Positions 7,964-16,627 of a stretch of DNA of 64,000 nucleotides are shown here, piece by piece. The position numbers and the translations under genes were made by a program. Position 1 is the first letter of the stretch, and every line of letters begins with the position of its first letter. The stretch lies in assembly GCA_016199805.1 (NCBI GenBank), contig JACQGC010000004.1, positions 106,908 through 170,907 of the forward strand, read 5' to 3'. This DNA is from Candidatus Nomurabacteria bacterium. Lineage in GTDB: Bacteria > Patescibacteriota > Minisyncoccia > Phycocordibacterales > UBA9973. The notes under the pieces were generated by a model, which had not been told where the DNA came from, made no database searches, and saw only the letters and a list, made by a program, of their open reading frames with translations.

Positions 7964-10519
7964 TTAATGATGGTCTGGAGCATGCGCGCTAGCCGTCGGG
8001 CCGTGCGCTGCTCCATGTCCTCCACCCCCATCTCCCAATTTCACATCTATCTTCGCGTGTTTTAGCGAATCACTGATTGTCTGACCAAGGTCCTTGAATA
8101 TATTTCCTTGAGGAGAGCCAGCTTCAACTCCGGCTCCTTTCTTTAGTCCGGCCCTCATTCCAAGCGCTACCGCAGAAATGATGCCAATAGTTGCTTTTGC
8201 GCCCAATCCCTCTCTCTTGTCTGCCGTTAACCCAGGTATATTTCTTACATCGTAAGTTCCACTTGTTGTTCTGGACGCTATTCTTGTTCCCATTCCCACT
8301 TTTTGCTGTGCTTCTTCTTGAAGTTTTGTAAACCTTTCTTTCCCTATTGATTGGGTTAGATTTTTCAATACTTCATTAAATTCTTTATTTAATTTATCTT
8401 CAACCTGCTTTCTTCCTTGATCATTCAACTCGCCCGCTGCGTCAATACTGTTAGGATCTGTTCTCTTTGTTTCATTTATAACATCTTGACGTCTTTTTAC
8501 TTTGTAATCATTCTCACCTTTTGCGTTTATGATATTGCCATTTACGTCTTTCTCGATAAGAACATCTCTGTTTTTGGCATCATAACCTCTCTTGATGTCT
8601 GATTCTACCTCTGACCTCTTTTCTTTCACGAATGTCTTTTCTATCTTTTCTTGTTCTACTCCAGAGAGGAATTTATCTCCTACTCCTTCGAGTCCTGCTT
8701 TTTTCTTTACTTCATCTATTTCATGTCTTGCGTGGTCTATTTCTCCTGACCTAGATTGAGCAGCGTTAATTCTTCCTCCTATTGCATCTACTCCACTGAT
8801 TTTTACTCCAGGATTTTTAGCTTCATAAGCCTTTTTTGACCCCTCCCACGTAGGCTTGGCCCCGGTCTTTCCTCCACTCTCCCATTTATCTAGTTCCCTG
8901 TTGTGCTCAATCATCGCCTTTCCGTAATGTTTTGCTCCTTCTGTTCTTGAAGTCGCCGCGGCTCCTCGGGCGATTAGTGTTCTTCCAGCAAAAGCTGCAC
9001 CCAAAGCAGTTCCGCCAACAGCTAGACCACCCAATACTTTTGCGCCAGCAATCAAATCCTCGGTGTATTTTCCGGACCCCTCCTTGGCAAGTTTTGTCGC
9101 CTTAAGAAGAAGACTGATGATTACCGCGGCTGGAAGCAAGACGAGAATGATAGTTTCTATCGATCCCACATCGGCTCGGTTGGAAGTGACTGCGAGGTCG
9201 TTAAAAATATTTGACCTTATCAACATAAATATCAAATACAACATAAACATAAAAGCCGGAGCCATAAACGCGGCTCCGAGCAGGCGCTTCAGCCAGGCTT
9301 CCCATCCCCAACGGTCAATACCGCTTAGCTTGGGCAAACTTGAAGACATAAAAGCAAAAGGCGCGGCAATAATCAAAACCCAGAGTTCTACCAGACGTCC
9401 GAGGAAACTCATGCCTGACATAAAGAGCGCATAGGCGGCGAAGAGCATTATTAATCCCGATATAAAAATAATTCCTAAAATCATTGGAGTTGGGATTTCT
9501 TCCGGGGACGGGTACCAATAACCATAAATTGCCCTGGGTATAAAATATATTGGCGCAGCGACAATATTGGCGGCGCTTATCAATGTCGAGCTGGTTGTCG
9601 CCGGCACTACCTGTGTTTTATTTTTAAGCTTGTCAAAAAAACCTTGGGTTAAAAATTGGGATGGGTCAAAAGCGGAGACCATACCGCCAGAAATATCTTT
9701 CTGGTCATATTTTGTAGCGGGGACATATGGTCTAGGGGTTATTGTCCCGTCCGGATTTTTTGTGTCCACATTTAATTTATTGTAAAAAACCAAAGCCAGA
9801 GCATTGGAAGTATCAATAATTACTTCGGTGAAAAACATACTAAAATTTATCAGCAAGGCCATGATTATGACCTGCACGATTATTTTTTTGGAATCATGCC
9901 CTAAATCCAAAATAATTTGGATGGCGACATAAAGTAAAATCAAAATAAAGAAAATATTTGAAAGGTCCCGCACGATGCCCCAAGCGGCGGGGATAAAAGT
10001 AGACCCGGCAAACAAGGTACTGCTCAAGGTCATAGATATCAAAACATTGAATAGTTTTGCCGCGACGATAAGCAACAAAGATGGAACGCCATAAAAAACA
10101 AAGAAAGCTATTTTTTGTATACAACCTTCAATGCTACCAGTTCCAATAACGTCACATTTTTTAAGGTTGTCTACTAAAGCATTGGTCGATGTTGGTGTTG
10201 TAGTTGCGGTTCCATTTACATTGGTTGTGGTTGTGGTGCCATTCGCGTTAGTGGTGGGTGGGTTAGGGGTAACATTTCCATTTGCTGGGTTGCAAGTTTG
10301 ATCTATCACAGACTGAGGCTGTTTTCCTGATAGTCGTGCTCGACATTCTGCTTCTGTTTCAGCCCGCGCTTTTCCAGCCGAAACAAAAGTTCCGGCTAAA
10401 ACCATAAGGAACAAGAATCCCAGTACTAAAATTTTACTTTTAGTTTTTGGTTTTAATTTATTTTTATCCTTTGTCGTCATCATTATTGATTTAACTTTAC
10501 AAACTTTAAAACTTTTCAC
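7964..10519 (-). CDS. Polytopic membrane protein, TrbL/VirB6-like, with Thr-rich N-terminal region and charged C-terminal tail
   Basis: 851 aa; signal/TM at the N-terminus, Thr-rich low-complexity segment, at least 6 hydrophobic helices in the middle, long Lys/Glu-rich C-terminal domain. This architecture is typical of VirB6/TrbL homologues. Confidence 0.5.
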   Translation of the reverse strand: MKSFKVCKVKSIMMTTKDKNKLKPKTKSKILVLGFLFLMVLAGTFVSAGKARAETEAECRARLSGKQPQSVIDQTCNPANGNVTPNPPTTNANGTTTTTNVNGTATTTPTSTNALVDNLKKCDVIGTGSIEGCIQKIAFFVFYGVPSLLLIVAAKLFNVLISMTLSSTLFAGSTFIPAAWGIVRDLSNIFFILILLYVAIQIILDLGHDSKKIIVQVIIMALLINFSMFFTEVIIDTSNALALVFYNKLNVDTKNPDGTITPRPYVPATKYDQKDISGGMVSAFDPSQFLTQGFFDKLKNKTQVVPATTSSTLISAANIVAAPIYFIPRAIYGYWYPSPEEIPTPMILGIIFISGLIMLFAAYALFMSGMSFLGRLVELWVLIIAAPFAFMSSSLPKLSGIDRWGWEAWLKRLLGAAFMAPAFMFMLYLIFMLIRSNIFNDLAVTSNRADVGSIETIILVLLPAAVIISLLLKATKLAKEGSGKYTEDLIAGAKVLGGLAVGGTALGAAFAGRTLIARGAAATSRTEGAKHYGKAMIEHNRELDKWESGGKTGAKPTWEGSKKAYEAKNPGVKISGVDAIGGRINAAQSRSGEIDHARHEIDEVKKKAGLEGVGDKFLSGVEQEKIEKTFVKEKRSEVESDIKRGYDAKNRDVLIEKDVNGNIINAKGENDYKVKRRQDVINETKRTDPNSIDAAGELNDQGRKQVEDKLNKEFNEVLKNLTQSIGKERFTKLQEEAQQKVGMGTRIASRTTSGTYDVRNIPGLTADKREGLGAKATIGIISAVALGMRAGLKKGAGVEAGSPQGNIFKDLGQTISDSLKHAKIDVKLGDGGGGHGAAHGPTASAHAPDHH

Positions 10520-10535
10520 TTTATAACTAACCCCC
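10498..10535. promoter_or_regulatory. AACTTTATAA-word motif block
   Basis: ttaactttacaaactttaaaacttttcactttataact. Confidence 0.35.
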
Positions 10536-10675
10536 TCTATTTTAGCACTCTTTTTGTTTTTTTACCCTAATTTTCTGTGTATATGTATGCTTTTCGCTTG
10601 ACATTTGTGATCTATTTGCTATACTTTGTATACAAATGGCTTCGGCCTCGCCCCGCGCAAGCAGGGCAAAATAAT

Positions 10676-11068
10676 TCAGTCAAACAAGAGCGCCTTCAGG
10701 GCGCTCTTTAGTTGAGAGAATAATTTCTCATCAATCATTCCGATTTTTCTAGTTAATCTCCTAATATCGATAAGTCTTATTTGGGAAAGAATAGCACTGG
10801 CATCACGATTTTCTAATTTACCTAAGTAAAAATAATGTTTCCCTTTTTTTATTTTACCGGTCAATGCGATCGCTAAGAAAATTTCTCGATTGAAACCCTT
10901 AATGACAATTATCGGTCGGTCAAAATTCTTACCCGTGCCGTCTTGTTCATTTCCGACATTTACGCCCAAAGAGCACCACCAAACTTCTCTTTCATGGTAG
11001 AAGACATTTGGTTTTTGTTTATGGATTGTTTTTTTATCGCTATTCCATTTGTCAAAATCTTTTTGCAT
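10676..11068 (-). CDS. PemK/MazF-family endoribonuclease-like toxin (no adjacent antitoxin found)
   Basis: G-x-EQ-x-G-x(4)-RP-x-I-V then SQIRLIDIRRLTRKIGMIDEKLF matches the MazF/PemK pattern. The track ORF (to 11137) starts upstream inside the palindromic repeat; the internal Met at 11068 is the more likely start. Confidence 0.5.
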   Translation of the reverse strand: MQKDFDKWNSDKKTIHKQKPNVFYHEREVWWCSLGVNVGNEQDGTGKNFDRPIIVIKGFNREIFLAIALTGKIKKGKHYFYLGKLENRDASAILSQIRLIDIRRLTRKIGMIDEKLFSQLKSALKALLFD

Positions 11069-11084
11069 TGATTTTTTGTATTTA

Positions 11085-11129
11085 TTCCCCTCTTGAGGGG
11101 TGGCTTTTGTAACCAAAAGGCGGGGTGGA
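11085..11129. repeat. Type D palindromic repeat copy 3 (at the 5' end of the MazF-like ORF)
   Basis: cccctcttgaggggtggcttttgtaaccaaaaggcggggtggatg. Confidence 0.55.
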
Positions 11130-11144
11130 TGTATCAACTTTATT

Positions 11145-13058
11145 TTAATTTTGTACCCAGGTTATGTTGTTGCGTATGTTGGGCCCGCAGCTGGCTTCTG
11201 TGATATTGGTTGTTGTCGTGCCGTCGGGATAAGTGCAAGTGCCATATGGAGCCCATGTTCCTGCACCCACAGGAGTATTTGCGCAGTTGGCTTGGGTTGT
11301 ATTTTGAAGTGGGGTGCCATTGACGATGCAAGCACCGAGCGGGCCGGTAGTGGTGGTCACTGTCGGACTCCAGTTTCCGCCCAAGGTTGTGCATTCTGAT
11401 TGTTTGGTATTGTTTACTGGGCTGCCGCTTATGGTGCAAGTTCCAATCAGGTCAGTTACTCCAGTAACCGGCGGGGCCACAGTTGTAGCTGTTGGAGTTA
11501 TTGTAATTGGAAGAATTATAACTTTGGCCGGAAGAGAAGAATCTTGAATAGTTACTAGGGCATTTCCTGCAGCTACGCCAATGACAGTTATGGTGGAGCC
11601 CTGAGCATACACGGTTGCAAATTGCGGGTCTGTGGGGTTCCATGTTCCTGCTCCGCTGGTAGTTGCCGAACAAGCAGCTTGAGTAATATTTTGTGTTGTT
11701 CCAGCTCCGCCATTGTCACAATTTCCCAAAAGAATGTAGGGAGGAGTGCCGCCAGAAATGGTTATGTTGTTGACGGCATTGCCGGGAAAAACAGAGACAC
11801 TGGTTGGGCTGACAGACAAAGGACCGCCAGTGATTGTTGTATTTGTGCCAGCGCTGCCTCCGGTGGTATTTGTAACCAAGGTGTTTCCTTGATAACTCCA
11901 AGAGTCTGTGGAGGAACTGCTTCCATTTATGGCATTACCTAGGGCGTTCAAACCTTGATCTAAAAAGTGACTAACCAGAGTATTTAGAATGGCGCTCAAG
12001 CTGCCTTCCACCATGGAGCCTAGAGCGGTCTGGTCTATATTTGAACCCAAAGCCTTGAATACCTGGTTGGCTGCCACCGCGCCAGGGGTTGTGTTTACTA
12101 ATCCATTTGAACCATCAGCTTTTTTACATTCATTCTTTTTACTCCAGTCAGATTTTTCTGTTGCGAGGTCTCTCTGGTAATTTGCATTTACTTGAGCAAT
12201 ACAATCACTTACCACTCCAGGTGCACTTTTAGAACCAACTGGACCATAACAGGCGTCTATTCTAGCTGTGAGATTTGAATCCAGATTAGATTGAAAAGCT
12301 GGCCTGTTGAATTCATTGTATCCATTATTGTAATTTGGGTTTACGTCATTTGGGCAAATTTGCGGAGACAAGAAGCCCATACCCTGATTTAAGGTGGTGT
12401 TTATTTTTTGCGCGGCGTTTTGGGTTGTACCTTGGAGTTGGCGGGCGAGTTTATCTGTGGCGAGCATATCAAAACCCAAATAATTATTTTGCGGATATTG
12501 TGTGTTGACAAGGAATCCATTCCATCCGCCGGCGTTGAAATTGTTTCTGTAGTTTTGCGCCATTATCGGGCTCATCACTGCCGAGAGCGAATAGGCCGCA
12601 TTTGAATCGGCCGCTGCTTTGTATCTGTTTATTACGTTTAGGGCAAAATTTTGACCATAAGGGAATCTGTTTGGGTCGTAACCGAATTCACCGACAATAG
12701 TTTTAATTTCGGATTTGGCGATGTCGTGAAAGAAAGAATCGGAATTGGTCAGAAAGAGCGGAGAGCCGTGGAAGCCACTATTGATCCAACCGGTAATGCC
12801 CTTGGTCAGTTCTTGAAGTAATCTCTTTTCAATAACCATCACTACTTGCTTGGCTATAGCGATGAGCGCATTTACCACAACATTGCCAGTCTCTATGGTT
12901 TGTGGAACCCCAACACTTAGTCCAACTACTGATATAAGAGTTGGGTCTATCACTACCCACTGCGCTTGCGCCTGCTTGGGCCCAGAAAACAAAACAGCCG
13001 GAAGTATTATCAATATGAGCAACAAAGCTGAGATTAATTTTTTATTTTTTTCTTTCAT
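11145..13058 (-). CDS. Large secreted protein with C-terminal Cys/Thr-rich repeats (possible surface or pilus-tip/adhesin component of the T4SS-like system)
   Basis: 637 aa; signal peptide; three C-terminal repeats of G-x-C-(T/I)-x(8-12)-T-x(3-5)-C-x(5)-G-x-W, shared with the N-terminus of the 1213-2310 protein. Confidence 0.6.
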   Translation of the reverse strand: MKEKNKKLISALLLILIILPAVLFSGPKQAQAQWVVIDPTLISVVGLSVGVPQTIETGNVVVNALIAIAKQVVMVIEKRLLQELTKGITGWINSGFHGSPLFLTNSDSFFHDIAKSEIKTIVGEFGYDPNRFPYGQNFALNVINRYKAAADSNAAYSLSAVMSPIMAQNYRNNFNAGGWNGFLVNTQYPQNNYLGFDMLATDKLARQLQGTTQNAAQKINTTLNQGMGFLSPQICPNDVNPNYNNGYNEFNRPAFQSNLDSNLTARIDACYGPVGSKSAPGVVSDCIAQVNANYQRDLATEKSDWSKKNECKKADGSNGLVNTTPGAVAANQVFKALGSNIDQTALGSMVEGSLSAILNTLVSHFLDQGLNALGNAINGSSSSTDSWSYQGNTLVTNTTGGSAGTNTTITGGPLSVSPTSVSVFPGNAVNNITISGGTPPYILLGNCDNGGAGTTQNITQAACSATTSGAGTWNPTDPQFATVYAQGSTITVIGVAAGNALVTIQDSSLPAKVIILPITITPTATTVAPPVTGVTDLIGTCTISGSPVNNTKQSECTTLGGNWSPTVTTTTGPLGACIVNGTPLQNTTQANCANTPVGAGTWAPYGTCTYPDGTTTTNITEASCGPNIRNNITWVQN

Positions 13059-13123
13059 TGTTGTTTATATTATACCCGGTAGTAGAACTTTTATCAAAGT
13101 CTCACTACCGGGTTATACACCTT

Positions 13124-14002
13124 TTAGGGTTTCAATTTTTGGTTGATAACAGCGGCTAGGTTTTTTACATCTGATACCAAAGTGGTGGCGTTTTGATTAT
13201 ATTTAGTCATCCCCCCCAAGGCGACAATCGGGTCGGTATTATAAAGCTTGAGGTCATTTAAATTTTCTACAACTCTCTCAAAATCATTTAAAACATTTAA
13301 ATGGAGAGACGCGAGAGACGAAGGAACACTAATTTTTGCCATCCCATCTATAAAACCACTAATTTGTTTAATGTTTGGGTCGAGTAGAGCAAGCGCGCTT
13401 ATGTCTGGGTTGTTTTGGTCGGCCGAGAACTTTTGCAAAATGTCTAAAATAGTATATTTTGTTGGATTTTTTTTATAAATAGTAGCTAGGGTGTCGGCAT
13501 ATTTTTTTACAGTGGCATACGAATCATCCTTTAATATTTTGAGATCGGTTAATATGTAAACTTTTCTTACCGGAGTATTTTGAATTTGCTGTGCTAGTGT
13601 GTCTCCCAAGTTGCTTGCCGTAATCTCGTCCATTCCCCCGTTTTGGCTCAAGGTGGTGACAGTCGCCATCAGGTCTTGAGAGAATTTATCTGTTTGGGTC
13701 AGATTTTCCGGTCCTTTGGTCAAAGGCAGCCCTTGTTCGGTTTGATTTTGCGCCACTAATTTTTGGATAGTTACACTATCCGGTGTTCCCGGGGTGGTTT
13801 CTTTCTTTGTCGGGTCGAGCCCGTACAAGCTCTCTTCCCAGTCCGGTACTCCGTCCCCGTCGGTATCTTTATTTACCGCGTCTTGCAGAGTCATGGTGCT
13901 GTCGTAAGTAAGACCTTCTTTTTTAAACAGAGAATCAATCGGATTTTTAAACACAAATCCTATTTTTATCAAAAAAAGCACAACAAGAAACACTATCGCC
14001 AA
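13124..14002 (-). CDS. Membrane-anchored hypothetical protein with Ca-binding-like DTDGDGVPD motif
   Basis: 292 aa; N-terminal TM; thrombospondin-type-3-like Asp-rich loop. Confidence 0.5.
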   Translation of the reverse strand: MAIVFLVVLFLIKIGFVFKNPIDSLFKKEGLTYDSTMTLQDAVNKDTDGDGVPDWEESLYGLDPTKKETTPGTPDSVTIQKLVAQNQTEQGLPLTKGPENLTQTDKFSQDLMATVTTLSQNGGMDEITASNLGDTLAQQIQNTPVRKVYILTDLKILKDDSYATVKKYADTLATIYKKNPTKYTILDILQKFSADQNNPDISALALLDPNIKQISGFIDGMAKISVPSSLASLHLNVLNDFERVVENLNDLKLYNTDPIVALGGMTKYNQNATTLVSDVKNLAAVINQKLKP

Positions 14003-14090
14003 AGCGATTGATATTATCCTTTTGTGTTTTTGCCAGATATTTTTAATAATGGGTTAATTATAACAACAATATAAATGTAAAGCAAAAAAC

Positions 14091-14168
14091 AACCCCCTAA
14101 ATCCCCCTTATCAGGGGGACTCCTGAATTTTTCCTCCCCTGACAAGGGGAGGCTAGGAGGGGTTGTAT
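14091..14168. repeat. Type A GC-rich double-hairpin element (CCCCCTTATCAGGGGGA + CCTCCCCTGACAAGGGGAGG), overlapping the ksgA 3' end
   Basis: aaccccctaaatcccccttatcagggggactcctgaatttttcctcccctgacaaggggaggctaggaggggttg. Confidence 0.55.
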
Positions 14169-15013
14169 TCTTCTGCAAGCTTGAGCCAGTCTTCCAGGGT
14201 CAAATCTTCCGCTCTTTTGTCCTTCATTTCTTCTGGTAAGACAAATTTTTCGTTTTTTAGGGCTTTTAGATTGCCGGAAAGCTTTTTTCTCTTGTGCGCA
14301 AATCCGGTTTTTACTATTTCCCAGAATCTTTGTTCGAAACCCTCCCCTCCTTTCGGAGGAGGGGTGCCGAAGGCGGGGTGGTGGTTTAGTGAGGGGAGAA
14401 AATTCTTCCTCGAAATATTTTTTATCAAAATCACCGCCGAGTCCACTTTCGGGGCTGGAGAAAAATATCTGGCCGGTACCTTCATTATCATTTTTGGCTC
14501 GCCATAAGCTTTGACAGAAATGGAAAGTAAACTTTCTTTTCCTCCCCTCCTTTCACCCGAGGGGCCGGGGGTGGTGATTCTCTTTGCCACTTCATTTTGG
14601 ACCATGAGCACCATACGCTCCGGCTGGCGCTCGGAAGTCAAAAACTTTTTCAAAATTGCGCCGGTGATGTTGTAAGGAATATTGGCGATTATTTTGTATT
14701 TCTCTCCCCCTGCTAAGGGGGAGATTAAGAGGGGGTCAAAATCCAAAATATCTTCATTCAGTAATTTTAATTGCCCGGATAAAATTTCTTTTTCAAATTT
14801 GGTTTTTAAAAACCCGAAAAGTTCGTAATCTTTTTCTACAGCTATAAGCTGACAGCTACTAGCTAGAAGCTTTCTGGTGAGTGCGCCTTTGCCGGGGCCA
14901 ATTTCCAAAACTGTGTCGCCCGGTTTCAAATCTCCTGCTTCTACGATTTTTCGTAATGCCGGTTCAGATTTCAAAAAGTTTTGCCCGAGAGATTTTTTTG
15001 CTTTGTGTATCAC
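14153..15013 (-). CDS. rsmA: 16S rRNA (adenine1518/1519-N6)-dimethyltransferase RsmA/KsgA, carrying three in-frame GC-rich palindromic insertions
   Basis: SLGQNFL motif, Rossmann-fold SAM-binding region. Insert-encoded peptides are TPPPKGGEG, PGPSGERRGGK and LAGGEKY. Confidence 0.85.
   Translation of the reverse strand: MIHKAKKSLGQNFLKSEPALRKIVEAGDLKPGDTVLEIGPGKGALTRKLLASSCQLIAVEKDYELFGFLKTKFEKEILSGQLKLLNEDILDFDPLLISPLAGGEKYKIIANIPYNITGAILKKFLTSERQPERMVLMVQNEVAKRITTPGPSGERRGGKESLLSISVKAYGEPKMIMKVPARYFSPAPKVDSAVILIKNISRKNFLPSLNHHPAFGTPPPKGGEGFEQRFWEIVKTGFAHKRKKLSGNLKALKNEKFVLPEEMKDKRAEDLTLEDWLKLAEEYNPS
14338..14398. repeat. In-frame GC-rich palindromic insert within ksgA (1 of 3; others at 14541-14576 and 14701-14736)
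   Basis: ccctcccctcctttcggaggaggggtgccgaaggcggggtggtg within otherwise AT-rich coding sequence. Confidence 0.5.
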
Positions 15014-15016
15014 TTT

Positions 15017-16609
15017 TTATCTAAGGATAAAAACGCCAATAATTAAAATCAAATAAATCATGTATATTACAAATCCTTTCCACTCTACATAATCTTCCTT
15101 GGTAATAAAATACCAAGAAAAAACAACGGCCACAATGGAAGGTATAAACAAAGATGGTATTTTAAAATACCACGGAATCAAAAGAAAGAAAAAACAAATA
15201 ATTCCAGCAATCAGTTTTTGGGATTTTTTTAATCCGAGCAACACCGGCAACGTCTTTATGCCATCAGCCTTATCCCCTTCAAAATCCTTGATGTCGCGAA
15301 TATTGGTAACAGCTGAAAAGAAAATGATTATTGCCAAGACTAGACCGGGCGGAAAAGCCAAAATGCTTTTGTCATTATTCACCAAGAAAAATCCAGCCAA
15401 AATGATTGCTAGGCAAGCGAGGCTGACCAGGAATGAATTGAGTATCACAAAGCGTTTTAGGCGCAGTGGTGGGTTGGAATAAATATAATAAACAAATAAA
15501 AACATACTTACAAAAAACAATATGTAATGGCTCGCCGCATAGGCTGTGAGGAAAGTGAACAGCAAAAATATTTTTGAAACTACCTGCATATCATCTTTTG
15601 ATAAATCTTTTGAAATAACAGGGCGGTCCTTATTTGAGAGAGAATCAATTTTCTCATCGTAAATATCATTCTGGCAAACACAAAACATCCAGGCACAGAT
15701 AAAAGAAATGAAGGCTAATAAATAAACCTGAACATCAACCCAATTTGCAAACCACGACGCGTGCACTAGGGCGGAGCCGAATAAAAACAAAAGAAAAAAG
15801 TGAAAAATTCTCTCTGGTCGGCTGTTTTTTATCATCACTTGTAATTTCTTGCGGGTTCCAAGGAAAAATAAAAATATAGTGGCACCCATAGCAACCAGGG
15901 TGTTAATCCCAATCATAATTTTATTAAAAGCCAAATCAAACAATCCTAAATTGTCGGCAGTAAAAGCTGGATGAATATTGTTTTGAATGATGTGCGAAGA
16001 AAATGTCGATTGCACGATTGCGTTAATTGGCGGAATCTGTTGCGTTGCAAACAAGACTGCAAGTGATGGCAGGGAAAATATAAAAAATATCAGGCAATAA
16101 AATGCCACAGCCGCCCCGATTGCCCGGTGCGTGTTTGTTGTTGTGTGAACGTAAATGTAGCAAAAGATAATTCCTAAAATTGTTTCAATTTGGATGCCGA
16201 GAGTGATGCCGGCGTGTGTGTGCCAACCAAAAAAAGTCAAAAAGCTAAACAATAATTCTCTCATAGGCAAGAAAAAATAACTTATCTGGTATCCACCGAT
16301 TCCTCCTGCGATGAGGTCGATAACTGGTGCCAATAAAATAACGGAAGAACCCAAAATGCCGACAGCCAAAGCTTCCTGTATTTTTATCTTGCTAAAAAAC
16401 ATCAGAATGCACATGAGACAGAGAGAGATTGCCAAATAAGATATGCCATAGTGTAGAATAGTCGGCAAATCAATCAAAACAAAATGTCCCTTACTAAAGT
16501 CGGGATATTGTTCAAAAAACGTTCTGATTATCACAATGCCGACGAAGGAGATAATCCAGGATTCGAAAGTGATTGGCAGAGACTGTGCGTACTGGCGCAT
16601 TTTTTTCAT
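15017..16609 (-). CDS. Polytopic membrane protein with C-terminal UbiA-family prenyltransferase-like domain
   Basis: 530 aa; Asp-rich motif NDIYDEKIDSLSNKDRPV (N/DxxDxxxD) typical of UbiA prenyltransferases; about 300 aa of extra N-terminal TM helices. Confidence 0.5.
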   Translation of the reverse strand: MKKMRQYAQSLPITFESWIISFVGIVIIRTFFEQYPDFSKGHFVLIDLPTILHYGISYLAISLCLMCILMFFSKIKIQEALAVGILGSSVILLAPVIDLIAGGIGGYQISYFFLPMRELLFSFLTFFGWHTHAGITLGIQIETILGIIFCYIYVHTTTNTHRAIGAAVAFYCLIFFIFSLPSLAVLFATQQIPPINAIVQSTFSSHIIQNNIHPAFTADNLGLFDLAFNKIMIGINTLVAMGATIFLFFLGTRKKLQVMIKNSRPERIFHFFLLFLFGSALVHASWFANWVDVQVYLLAFISFICAWMFCVCQNDIYDEKIDSLSNKDRPVISKDLSKDDMQVVSKIFLLFTFLTAYAASHYILFFVSMFLFVYYIYSNPPLRLKRFVILNSFLVSLACLAIILAGFFLVNNDKSILAFPPGLVLAIIIFFSAVTNIRDIKDFEGDKADGIKTLPVLLGLKKSQKLIAGIICFFFLLIPWYFKIPSLFIPSIVAVVFSWYFITKEDYVEWKGFVIYMIYLILIIGVFILR

Positions 16610-16627
16610 GAGAAAACTATATCATAA

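Noticed and set aside
11145-13058. Diversity-generating retroelement target (Cys/Thr-rich C-terminal repeats)
   Set aside because: No reverse transcriptase gene and no template/variable repeat pair with adenine-specific mismatches could be seen in the window.
13075-13115. Inverted repeat cccggtagtag/ctactaccggg between two minus-strand genes as a terminator
   Set aside because: There is no U-tract on the transcribed strand after the hairpin. It could still be a processing or regulatory hairpin, but evidence is insufficient.
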